From the NCBI GenBank assembly GCA_024704765.1, contig JAKMXF010000099.1:548419-612418 (forward strand): DNA of 64,000 bases, written 5' to 3'. The DNA comes from Oopsacas minuta (taxonomy: Eukaryota; Animalia; Porifera). Each line of letters starts with the position of its first letter. Positions within the stretch are counted from its first letter, which is position 1. Positions 29,053 to 41,169 of this stretch are shown piece by piece. A program made the translations under genes and the position numbers. The notes under the pieces are model-generated. The model saw only the letters and a program-made list of their open reading frames with translations, was not told where the DNA came from and made no database searches.

Positions 29053-30137
29053 TAAATCAAATGGAAAACGTTGCTAAGCGATCGCAAATATATAAAAATC
29101 CTAGCCTATTTCGACCAAAATGCCCACTGTGAATAATGGCCTTAGGCCAAAACATTCTCAATTTGCTTTATTGTATTATATGCATCTGAGGATCATACTG
29201 AGATCCAGAAAAGTCTTCGAAAATCCGACCACGGGAAGTTTCAAATCGGATAACAAGCACCCTCACGATATTTACTTCTGCTTTATCATAAATAGGTCCT
29301 AGTTACTTCACGATTAAAAGTTTCTGTATCAACTCAACATAAATAGCTTGGTTATATAGGTTAATCTACATGTGACAAATATCTTATGAATGTACAATTA
29401 TATTTCTGACAACACAGCAGTGAAACATGTTTCTGTGAGAACTATACAAATAATTAGAAGATAATTGAATTACGCATATGATGATCTAGTAAAATCGTTT
29501 TTAAATCAAATATCGGGGGTTAATATGTGTACAAATAGAATCAGCTAGCCTGGTAGTATTGAACAAAGGGCCACACCATAAAGTTCGGACAAAATTTAGG
29601 ATGGAATGGTATCACATTCCTAATGTAATTTTGCTTTTCAATGGCAAATTATCCTCCAAATATGGTTAATGTATATACCAAAACGTCTGAAATTTTGAAG
29701 ATCAACAAGAATATAACCATAACAATTGTATCCCAAAACCATCGAATGCGCTAGCTTATATTTGTAACACATACTATTTTACTTGAGCACCAAGTTTTGA
29801 CTCCCTAATTTTTCAACTTCCCGTGTTCGCATAATCGACTACTGTTTTCCTTAAGATCAGCATGATCCTTCAATAAATTTAAATAATTATAATACAATTT
29901 GTTGTTGAATTTGGGTTTATATCATATATTTCTTCGCTAATAAACTCACGCTAGGAAACAGTAATCAGTAATCAGGTTTATAGTTTACCATAAACTACCT
30001 ATTTTCACGTCTATTCGTCTGCCAGAATTATACGCTCTCAATATTGTTGAGTTGTCTTTGATATTGACTAATACTTCTTTGTATTGTGATGGTACGAGGG
30101 TAACTTGAAAGGTTTTGTCGTTTATATACTTGCATAA

Positions 30138-32310
30138 CACAGGTCAACAAAAATATTTCTATCTCTTGGCTCAGATTATTGAAGCGTTTTTAGGGTATAT
30201 CGGGGTTGTTGTATCCGGAAATACTATTAGTTTTGCCTAATTGGCTCTAGTTTTCTAGATATCACGTAACCTTAAATTTTAAGGTAATACTACAAATGTA
30301 TCTATTTGTATGTTTATATCAACATTTCCAACTATTTCTTCACTCTATTTCCAACATATTGGAACCTTTTATGGATTCAAAGCGCATTAGACGCTGTTGC
30401 CTCAATGATCCTGATGTCTTTTGCTATATTTGGGATGAATATGTGGCAATGGAATATCGTTTAAATGTTAGAGATGTCACTAAAAAAGCTTATCAGACTT
30501 GTTTTGGCATAAAGTTAGGCGATCAAGATAAGTCATAGAATCCACACAAAGGGTGCAAATATTGCACAGAAACTTCCGCCTATGTACCTAAGGAAAAGTC
30601 AAATCGATGAAGTTTAGGGTACCAATGGTTTGGCGAGAGCCCAAGAACCATCACGATGACTGTTATTTCTGCATGGTTAACATGTCTGGATGGAACCGAC
30701 AGAAAAAGAATTCATGGCAATGTCCTGACATAGATTCTGCAAGAGAGCCAATTCGAGACTGCAGCAAAATTCAGGTGCCTGTTTTGCCGTCCTTACTTGA
30801 TACTGCGTTTATTGAGGCAATTGATGAATCGTCGGACAGTCCTTACTGCAGCAATAGCTGTAATGAGTTGTTGCAGATAAGTAAGGCGGAGCATTTCATA
30901 CAGGGGCAGCTCAACGACTTAGTGAGAGACTTAGGCTTGTCAAAAGATGCTTCAGAGATCCTGGCTTCCCGTCTCAGTGAACACAATATTCACAGTGAAG
31001 TTAGGATAGCTTATTCCCGAAGCAGAGACGAAGAACTTATTCGGGATTATAGTGAAGAAAGTGATTTCGTGTTTTGTAATAACATCCCAGGACTTCTCTT
31101 GGCAATGGGACTGTCTCAATACAATCCGAATGAGTGGCGTTTATTTATCGACAGCCCTAAACGGAGTCTAGAGTGTGTGTTGCTGCATAATGGTACAAGT
31201 TTGCCTGTGTCTCGATCGGCCATTCAGTAACCTTGAAAGAGCACAACGCAACTGTAATGATGGTTCTATAAAAGCTGTATTATGATGAACATAACTGGTT
31301 CGCGTGTGTGGACATGAAAATGGTCAATATTCTGTTAGGACAGCAAGGTGATTACACTAAATATCCATGCTTTCTTTGTTTGTGGGACAGCAGAGCGGAT
31401 GAGGTGCACTGGAAAAAGAAGAACTCGCCAGTTCGTCAGAGGCTTGCCGTGGGGGAAAAGAATACCATTAACGAGCCACTAGTTAGCCGTGATCGTATCA
31501 TCCTACCCCCACTACATATCAAGTTTGGACTGATGAAACAATTCGTAAAGGCATTGAACAAAGATGGTACCTGTTTCAACTACCTCTGCTCAGTATATCG
31601 TGGTCTGAGTAGGGAAAACCTTAAGGCTGGAATTTTTGATGGGCCACAAATCAGAAAACTGATAAAAGATGAAGATTTCGCCTCACACATGACTGGAGTT
31701 GAGGCTGCCACGTGGTATTCCTTTGTCGATGTTGTAAATGGATTTTTAGGCAACACCAAAGTGGCTAACTACCAGAATCTGGTTGAGGGCATGCTTAAGA
31801 ACTTCCACAGTCTGGGAACCAGAATGAGCACAACACTTCACTGCCTCTATAGCCATTTAGAGAGATTCCCTGAAAATCTTGGTGATTTAAGCGAAGAACA
31901 GGGCGAGCGATTCCACCAAGACATCAGGACTATGGAGGAACGGTACCAAGGACAATGGACACTCACATTTTGGCTGATTACTACTGGAGCCTTATGTGTG
32001 ATTACCCCCATCTACCTTATATAGGAATTCGCATTAGAGAACGTTCGTTCATTATTTTTAAGTATTGAGATCCTATTATACCTCAAATTATCCGCTTATT
32101 ATGTATGTTCAATTCTAGTTATAAGGTTGTGCATACATACTATATAATATCAATGTACACAGATTTACGGAAATTGAAAAACATGATTTTACAACATCAC
32201 AAAAAGTAGAGCTAATTTACCAGAACTAGTGCCCTTTTCGAACTCAATGACGCAGATGTACCATAGAAAAGGCCTCAACGTATCGGCCAAGAAAATGTTG
32301 TCGTTCAGTG
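30138..32310 (+). mobile_element. Full-length Chapaev3 element, family A (transposase pseudogene 30296-32024)
   Basis: Starts CACAGGTCAACAA, ends TTGTCGTTCAGTG, TAA on both flanks (30135-37, 32311-13). Same Chapaev3 motifs as above plus RYQG..W and ADY.W at the C-terminus. Confidence 0.85.
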
Positions 32311-32792
32311 TAATAGGTATTCCATATTCTACCGTCACATTTTTTCAAAATTCTGACCCTTACACTCTATACACCTTTCATGCGTTTATACCTGGTATTC
32401 AGGTACATTTTGCAATTCTAAATGTACAAAATATATACGAATGAAATTTGTTGTGTAGGTAAATTATATACTTCTAAATAGATATAAAATACACTTATTA
32501 GAAGTTTTTGTGGTTTGATGACAAAACCTTCTGAGTGCCCTTCGTCTTGCTGACAGCATCCACTATACGAAGTTTCTTCAATGTCATTTGTTCTAAAAAA
32601 CCTACGCCTTGCTACATTTCGCCAAATTCCAATTAATACCAGTTTAGAGTAAGTTATTTACTTGATAGCCATGGGTTTATTTCCTAATAACGGCTTTTGG
32701 AGATGACTAATTATCCTCAATCTTGATTATTTCATGTTTTTGGTGTATTATTGATTGAGCTAAAACGTTACTTTTACTAATATATTTTCCAG

Positions 32793-32862
32793 ATTGAAGC
32801 TCATTCTCTTGAACACAAAGAATGCATTCTTGCATCAGATACCGGGCAAGCTAATTTGTCAG
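32793..32862 (+). CDS. Candidate host exon with GC-AG donor
   Basis: Branch-like tactaat, polypyrimidine ttttccAG, and end AG|GCAAGT (canonical GC donor context). Peptide IEAHSLEHKECILASDTGQANLS. Confidence 0.4.
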
Positions 32863-33687
32863 GCAAGTACTTTACCTTACCATATACTAGTGGCACTCGA
32901 TAAGTTATTATCCTTTGACTATAATATCCAATATTTATTCATTATCTATGTTTGTTATTCCTGAAAACTATACCCAACAATTTGTTAAATAATAAATCTT
33001 GTACCATATTCTAGAGTCTTTATTCTGTTAATTATTCAACTTTAATTTGACCTTGAAATCAGTATTTGATAAATGGCATCAAATCCAAATGGGCCCCTTC
33101 TTTACATATATTTCCCTATGGGGTTAGCAAAACCATTAATGATTGACTTTTCAATGTCATTATTTTGTCTCCTAGGCCCGACACAATGATCTAATGGTTC
33201 TTATGCGGCCCCCGGATCACATGTTAGACACTCTTGAGGTTCAAGAAACTAGAATAATGTAATCTTTGTAATACTGGCCGTATATCCAATATTTCTACTA
33301 ACTATAGTTGATTCGTAAACATAGACCTAGTTAATAGAGGTGTACGAAAATCCGACATCTTGTGGTTCCAATACCTTTTACAAGGAGAGGACTAATAAAG
33401 TCGAAAAAATTGTGAATGTTTGCCAGTTCATCTATCTTGGTTAATTTATTTGAGCGTAATCCTTACAATTAACATTGTAGTGTATTATTGTAGTTGTGGC
33501 TAAAATATAGCTTTAGTATAAATTTATTTGCTACCATTTGAAACTAATTGTCGATAACCTTTCGTGCGAATTTCCAAGAACAAACAATATTACAAAACAA
33601 GCTGCTTTGCACTGATAGCGCAGTGCTGAATCCTAATTTGCAGTCCAATCTATTCAACAATACCTTTGCACTATCTGTAAACTTTAG

Positions 33688-33807
33688 AAAATTCCTTCCA
33701 ATGTTGAAATTCCAGGATTGAAACCTCTCGAACCTTAAATCTTATTCATGGTTATACCTTACTGGACATGTACTGATGCAAATTCATCAATACATAATAA
33801 TACGCAA
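33688..33807 (+). pseudogene. FN3 E-F strand exon with a stop at the conserved Tyr position
   Basis: ttTAG|KIPSNVEIPGLKPLEP*ILFMVIPYW...|GTAATC. TAA at 33736-38 falls where the FN3 GLKP.T.Y tyrosine would be. Confidence 0.45.
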
Positions 33808-34541
33808 GTAATCTTTCTGTAATTGTGTGTGTACGTGTGTAAGTGTCCCAGTCCAAATATGTTTCGCTGAATTTACCGCCCGTACGCTTTTCACGGTATA
33901 AATTATGCCGAATACAATTTTACTAAATCGTTACTTTTATGAAATAATGAGTTTTTATATTTATTACATATCATCAAAATATCTCGGCTCACTACTCGAA
34001 ATGCTCAATACATCATATCCATCGGAAAAATTTATTGAATATACAACTATTATGCTTTAGTGCTCATCTTCCCTGATATTTTTATCGCTGGAAGAATTTT
34101 CTTTTTGGAGAAGTGTTTACTTTGTATATCGGCCGAATGTTTCAGAGCCTTCTCCCTCCTTACCATATACCCCATTACTCTGAATTTACATCATGTTTGT
34201 AAGTTTTCTATTGCTTAGTATTTTACCATACTTTACTCTAGTGGTACAGTTGGTCAACCGTCTTGCACTAGTGGTACAGTTGGTCAACCGTCAACACATT
34301 CGAAAATTGTACTTAGAGAAAGCTGATCAATCCCAAAATTCGACTGAGTCAAAACATGGTACATGAATTGCACAGCCAGCATTATATCGATTTCAAAAGT
34401 GCTTTCATTTTGCTATCATGGACATCACTGCAATCGACATAGCCCTATTGAAAATGCTAAATGATTTTTGGATGAAATGGATATTGCATGTGATGTAAGT
34501 GACAGTTAAAATGTAAATATTATTATCATTTTATTATGCAA

Positions 34542-35201
34542 CTAGCGCGCTTCGCTTCTTGGTCGCTGCGCGACTGCTTAGTGCTTCAGATAAGCAAAAG
34601 GTTAAACGCGAGAGCTATTGGTCACTACGCGGTCAGATATAATAATGGAACCTTACTCGGCGCTACGTGCCTTGAATTGATAGAATATTTTTAATTTTAT
34701 GATTATTACCCATGGTCCATCCAAATTACATTGAATAGCAATCTGGGGTAACACTGGAGATCTTGTTTCGCTTTGGGTTGATAATCTCGGGAATTCGTGC
34801 CTCGGGTATTAAGAAATTCCTAAATTTTTCAAATTTGGAAAACTTTGATTAAATAAGAGTCAGTATGACGTAATAATCACATGATGAGTTAGCTTTTGCT
34901 CAAAATCATGCGGTCAAAGCATATATCAAATTGCGGGGGTATCTGTGATAATATTTTCGGACTTCTATCATGTGTATTCGCTGAGCAGTAATGAATAATG
35001 TGATTTTTCGAGAATCCAAAAATGTGGCAATGACATCATAATTTCGTCATATGTGTGAATGTTGGTCCAAGACTCGAGCTGGTCCTTTCCAGATCAAATT
35101 ACCCGGTATGCCAGAAATCAGCCCATGGACCCTTCCAGTTTCTTCAACCAATTCTGGACATACAAACATACATATAGATTCATTTCGTTTTATAGTATAG
35201 A
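34542..35201 (-). mobile_element. Non-autonomous Helitron, copy B
   Basis: Minus strand reads A|TCTATACTATAAAACG ... GC-rich hairpin (gtcgc-tgc-gcgac) ... CTAG|T: canonical Helitron TC/CTAG ends inserted between A and T. Confidence 0.75.
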
Positions 35202-36453
35202 TATGAATTCACTCGTTTCTAGGTTTTTGAAAGAATAATAAAGTATAGAGCAGCGACACAAAATTCTGCTGAATTGCCGTTAAGATCAGCATTATCCTCG
35301 AATAATATGATCGATGTATTGTATAAACATTTCTTGTGATTCTGAGACATGCCGAATAGTTGAGATGTATATCAACTTGCTTCGTTTGGTTGTGACCATG
35401 CACAGTTATTGTTGAATGTTGTGTTACAACCAGTTTATCTGACAAATATCTTTCACTCCGTTAAGAGCTGTTAGATAGTAGTAGTATGTGACGCATCATG
35501 TACCAGTGACTCGGTTCATTTTTTGCAAGATTTTTGCCCTGCTACTTTGTCTGGATCCAACAAATCCAAATAATCTTTTCACATCATATCTTAATGTAAT
35601 TGTAAGGATGAATATTTGAATGCTTTATTGTAATTTATTCATTGTGATATGTAAATAGTATGATCTGTGGAATTTGGAGAGTAATGCGCGTCATCCATAT
35701 CTTTACTGCACATACAATCCGCATAGAGAGTCTCTTGTGGAACACGGTGACTGGGACAATTTTTTCATGTCTTTTAAGGATCTGTTTTGACAAAAATAGT
35801 CCCCCTGCATAAATTGTCCGGGGGACAGATTTTGTAAAATATCCATGTTACTCGTCAAATTTGTCTCCTCTACAAATATTGTCCCTTACCGTGTATTGTA
35901 TTGTCATGGTCAATTAAATGAAACCTTAGAAAATAATACTAGTGTAATTAATTCTTGAGGTAGCATTTTACATTGTTTGTAACAGTATATATAGATTCAG
36001 CATTACATTTCAGCTTACATTAATAACAGGTACACAGACAAGCAACGATTGCTATTTATTAATATGCAATACAAGTACATTTCAAGTTAGATTTTTTGTT
36101 CATCGTTTTTGCTATGAAATCAATTTAACAAATAATCGATTTCTTCTACAGATAGCACGAGTATATTATTTATCAATGTTGTTGTGTCTATAACGACGAT
36201 TTATGTAGTTTTAAAGCACTGTATTGTAAGTCTACACACTTGATACGTCACCATATATTTATGATATATCTATCTGCTAGCAAAAGTATGATTTTTCTAC
36301 ACAATTCAATAAAAATAGGAGTACATGGCCGTCTGCTGCCCAATTGCCTCGAAAGTGTTTGATAAAAAAACAAGTAATATTGTTACATATTTGATCTAAA
36401 TACTAAGATTGTGGGATAACTACTGGTAGCAAACTACAAACTATCCCACGTAA

Positions 36454-38708
36454 CTACTCATCTACAATTCTTGTTAAGACATAAATTATGCAATTTTTTC
36501 GGCCCTGTAAACTTTCAAAATTATTGCACTTCCTTAACTTTGGTCCCTCCATTCCGTCATATCTGTACCATGGGGCCATTATATTTTACCTTCATTGTAA
36601 TTGGACTCCAGAATGAATCGTGTAACCGAGGAGAGTGTAGTGTAGCTTTGCTTCTTTGTGATGAATTTTAATTTCCTCTTCAATACAACTGTCTTGAGTA
36701 ATTTCGGCATTTATATATCCTATCTCAAAAATGAGGAGTGGAGTTACTATCAAAAATTCTCTGGACAGAACTCTAAGTTTGCATTCAAGTCTTTGCATTT
36801 TAAGCACTTGTAACTCAAACTAATGTGGTGATCAATAGAAGTTTGACAGTTATGTTTAAATGTCTGGAGTGAAATCAAATTCAGCTTTTTCTCTGATTAA
36901 CAGCAACAGCTGCGACATTGAAATACAATTCTGTAAGATCCTAGCAAATTGCAAGGTTTCGAAAAGTTTGACAATGCTCCCTTCAGAAGCAAACATGTTG
37001 TATTCGTTATTGATTATTGGTATTCTTAGCTGAGAAGCTACCCACATTCTAAGTTCGTCGAAATTTCGGTCATCAATCATTGTGAAGATGGAATTAAGAC
37101 TATCGCTTGGAGCTTCTCCTGCTAGATGAAATGCTTTCAGTATATTATCTCGGTATAGACTTAAGAGTGTTAAGAAATTGTCGACTGAGCAAGTGTTGGC
37201 CAATTTAACTCCATTGAAATGATCATTCCAAGTAAAGCACATATCTTCACTAGTACTTGCATCTTGCATCTTGTGATGTTTGCGAATAAGATACTGTTTG
37301 ATTAAGAATTCATCGGATATGGTGTCCAGAGTTTACATTTACCTGACGGAGATAAGAAAGGGAATATCTGGAATGTAATTGTTCCTCTCCATCTGATTTC
37401 GTACTAAGTTCTCTTTCTGAATTCGAATCTATTATGCATTTGTTAGCATCGGTTCTGCTTTCTTCCAATCTTTTAGATTAGATCGCTTCACTCGCTGTGT
37501 TCTTTTGTTTTCACTATTCGAACATTGGTTGGGTTAACTTTATCAATGAAGTATGGACCATTCCACTTATCTTCCAATTTTCCACCTTTCTTCTTGAAAC
37601 AAGTATTTTCGATCAATACTTTTTCTCCCTTTTCGATTTTGTTGAAAGTGACCGGGTTTATTTTTGTGTCAGCTGTGCCTTCATTAATGACTTGGAGTGT
37701 GTGTGATGATCTCCTGCAATTTCTTGATTTTGTGGTTGAAATTTGTGTATTGAGTCGACTTGTTCTATGATTTCATCCTCTGCAGCCCACTTATCAAGAA
37801 TTGAAGACACAACGTCAGGATATAATAGTGCAAGGTTTTCAGCCTGGATGGGAAGGCGAGGTATTCTTGAACCATGCATTAGTTCGAATGTCGAAAAGTG
37901 AGTGGTATGGCGAGGTCTTATGTTGAGCGAGAATGCAATTTCTTCTAATAATTGTACCAATTTCCTTTTTTCGTCCAAAGCTTTGACGAGCGAGCGTTTC
38001 AATGCTTTGTGCGATGATTCAACTAGCCCGTTGGTCTGAGGGTGGTGAGGTGTCGAAAAGATGAATTTTCAATTGTATACTTGATGCGATGTTTTATATA
38101 ACTGGTTAGTGAATTCCGTACCGTTGTCGCTGATTATCTGAACTGGTGCCCCCTGCCTGCAGTAAATAGAATATAAACCATTAGCAACTTTTTGAGCCTC
38201 TTTACAACGAAGAGGATGCGTTTCAAGCAATCTAGTAAAATGGTCAATTACCGATAAGATATATTTAAAACCATTTGAATCTATCAGTGCGCCTGTTGGA
38301 TCCATGCCCACTCGGAACCAAATTTTTGTGATCACAGGTAGAAGTTGTAAAAGAGGTGTAGGTTCTTTTAGGCATGTTAGATTCTTTGCAAAACGCGCAC
38401 AATTTTGAACGTATAACGTAATATCTTTCAATGTACCTGGCCAATAATATCTATCTTTTCCAATATTTATTTATAGCGGTCGCTTTGATGCTCTGAATTA
38501 TCATGTTTTTCCTTCAAAACATCATACAATCCAGTTTCTTTGATTACAATAAAATTCTCATTCCCAAAGGGTTTAACCAGTTTTCCGTTATATATTCGGT
38601 AGTTAGAAGCTCCTCTTCGAAAAGTCTCTTCTGATTTTTCGTATAACCTGATGGATGAAAATCAGTTGTGCTGAAATTTAAAATCGATTCATATTCAAGG
38701 AGTTCCAT
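36454..38708 (-). pseudogene. Ginger integrase: YPYY-like N-terminus, H2C2, D-D35-E core, GPY/F motif, plus a C-terminal USP-like protease domain
   Basis: HPSGYTKNQKRLFRRGASNY; YYWPGTMKDITLYVQNC; WFRVGMD; IISDNGTEF..PHHPQTNGLVE (D35E); KLEDKWNGPYFI. Then NTCSVDNFL, CRSC, CLKC, LLGYTIHSG..WYRYDG. Several stops and frameshifts. Confidence 0.8.
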
Positions 38709-38884
38709 AAAAATAAATGCAAATAATTTCAGTAATTATCAGTAATATCTTAGTGAACAATGACATATGTACTGTGACAAACAATGTGAATGTTACCTCA
38801 TGAATTAATTACACTAGCATTATTTCTAAGGTTTCATTTAATTGATCATGACAATACAATATACGGTAAGGGGCAATATTTGTA

Positions 38885-40191
38885 CAGGGTGTCTAATAAG
38901 TTCTGTTATATTTCAATTCCCCAATTTTTTCAAATTTATCCATTGCAAAGCCATGAAACCTTCTATTTTCTTAGGACTTATGTTCCTAATTACACATTAT
39001 AAATATCATTCAATATAGCCTCCCTTTTATGAATTACGGAATTTAGTTTGCCCCGAAATTGATGGACAGCTTTTCGCAGCTCCTCCTGTGGGATTTTCTG
39101 CCATTCACTTAACAAACTAACTTTGAGGGACTCCAAACTCTTTTGAGATTTCGCACAGGCCCTGCTCTCCAAGTTTGCTCAAACAGAATAGTCGAGTGGG
39201 TTTAAATCTGGGCTTGATGGTGGCCATCATCCTTACTTATGAAATCGATATTTTGCTCTCGGAACCAATCCTGGGATACTTTTGAAGCATGTGCAGGTGC
39301 AGAGGCTTGTTGGTAAGTCTAAGGATGGTTTTGAAAGAGCTTCTCACCAGCAAACGCAATTTCAGGCTCCAAGACCAGCTCTCTGTACGTCTGGGAGTTT
39401 ATTTTCACTCCTTGGGGGACAAAAATCAGGTTTGTCCGTGATTCTGCCGACACACCCGCCCATACCATTAGAAAAAGAGGCTTCTAGACTCTATCAATGT
39501 ACTTGATGCTATCTGGGATATCCTGACTTCGAGAAGCAAGTACACGTCGTTTTGACGATTGCTTGCCTCCTCAACTGTGAACAGCTTCTCATCTGAGAAA
39601 AGAATCTGATCTTCAGTCCCAGGAGCGAATCGGGCTTTTAGTTGTATGCATCTTTCGAGTCGCTTACGACGTATGGAGTCGTTAAGATGGTGTACGTTTT
39701 TCCTCTTATAGGACTTCATTCCTAGGTCCTCTACAACCAATTTCCGCATCGTTTCGTGATTGACACAGAATTCACGAGACATTTTTCGCATTGACCGCCG
39801 GGGATTTTTCAGGATTGGACATCTGACACAACTCTTCAGGGCTGGTGTGCGAGCAGATCTTGGACGACCAACTCGTTTCCTGTCAGACACACTCCCAGTC
39901 TCTATATAGCGTTTATTGTGCGATAGATCAACATGGGATTGACTTTATCATTCTTTAGCCTTTTTCGAATTTCACTGTTGCTAAACCCAGATTCGTGAAA
40001 AGTGACAATTTTTGAACGAATTTCTTCTAACATGATTTTCTGGTAAATCATCAACTTGAATGATATTTACTTGGCATAATTCGAAAGAGCGCCAAAAATG
40101 CTACAAGAAAATCTAGAAGATTACTTTATAAGTAATTAAGAGCTACTGTCTAAGGCGCGAAAATGTATGACAGAACTTATTAGACACCCTG
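38885..40191 (-). mobile_element. maT / DD37D element, copy 2 (defective)
   Basis: TA-CAGGGTGTCTAATAAGTTCTG ... CAGAACTTATTAGACACCCTG-TA. ORF 39468-39890 matches copy 1 then frameshifts. Confidence 0.92.
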
Positions 40192-40859
40192 TAGAGGAGA
40201 CAAATTTTGATGGGTAACATGAATATTTTACAAAATCTGTCCCCCCAGACAATTTATGTAGGGGGACTATTTTTGTCAGAACAGTACTACTTTTATTCTA
40301 ACATTCTGACCCAGCACTCCTATTCACCAAATTTCTGAACAATAGGAGAATGTTGGTAAGACGGCTGGTTTAGTTGATTTTGCTTCTCTGAAGTTCGTAT
40401 CACATTTATTCTATATTCGTATTTAGATCATTTACCTTCAATACCATTGAACTTTTCAGTTTTCTATAATCAATCTTCCACTGGATTCCAACAATTCCAT
40501 CTCTATTGGGATGAACCTACTGATTTCGGAGGGCCACTCGTTGGATATCAGATATTTCTCAAGGCAGTCCTATTTAAATCACTGCAACAGGTAAATTCAA
40601 CTAAGGTTGATAAACTTCATTGCTAATTAAGTAGTAACTATATGGTTATTGCTATCTCCTATTGACGTCTTTCTCCTTCCCTTTAGACAGCATTTAAGAG
40701 CGTTGTCATGGTCTTTGAGATAGGTCCCACCCAAGGCGTAATAAAAATTTAAAATTCTAGATAGCAACAACGGTTTATTACAACTACACTTACAGGAGCA
40801 GTGCAATGACAATTTGCGGGCTTGCTCGCCATCTAATTTGGAGAGCCCCTGGCGAACCC

Positions 40860-41169
40860 CATAGGCGCCGAAGACCAAGGGGCGGGATGGGCCTGCCCCC
40901 TTGGTCCTCAGATCAAGGAGGTTACTCCTTCATAATTTCCTTATAATTACTTTATATATTGTAGTGTATGATATATGTCACCAGTGTATGATATAGCTCC
41001 ACCATAACGGGTATAAAATGTGTGGTTCCGATGTGACCCTATTAATCGGAGTCAAAATTAATGTGTAATTGTATTTACTATATTGTTTGCGTTTGTACAG
41101 AGAATTATTAGCCCCACAAATATATAATGCTCCCGCTGCCTTGGGAATTATACTTGTTCGGCGCCTATG
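40860..41169. mobile_element. 310-bp MITE
   Basis: Perfect 13-bp TIR CATAGGCGCCGAA / TTCGGCGCCTATG, with ACCC on both flanks. Confidence 0.75.

Larger units (their letters stand above)
35783..40283 (-). mobile_element. Ginger1-like (Gypsy-integrase) DNA transposon with ~210-bp TIRs, right TIR split by a maT insertion
   Basis: TGT..ACA ends. 35783-35992 is inverted at 38765-38884 plus 40194-40283. Flanks are GATC / GTAC, so the TSD is not perfect. Confidence 0.8.

Noticed and set aside
35779-40287. Claiming a target-site duplication for the first Ginger element
   Set aside because: The flanks are GATC and GTAC, only 2/4 identical. The ends are defined by the TIRs alone.
40627-40850. Cys-rich SLHCSCKCSCN segment like the CXC tails of some transposon proteins
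   Set aside because: An isolated fragment with no upstream domain to assign it.
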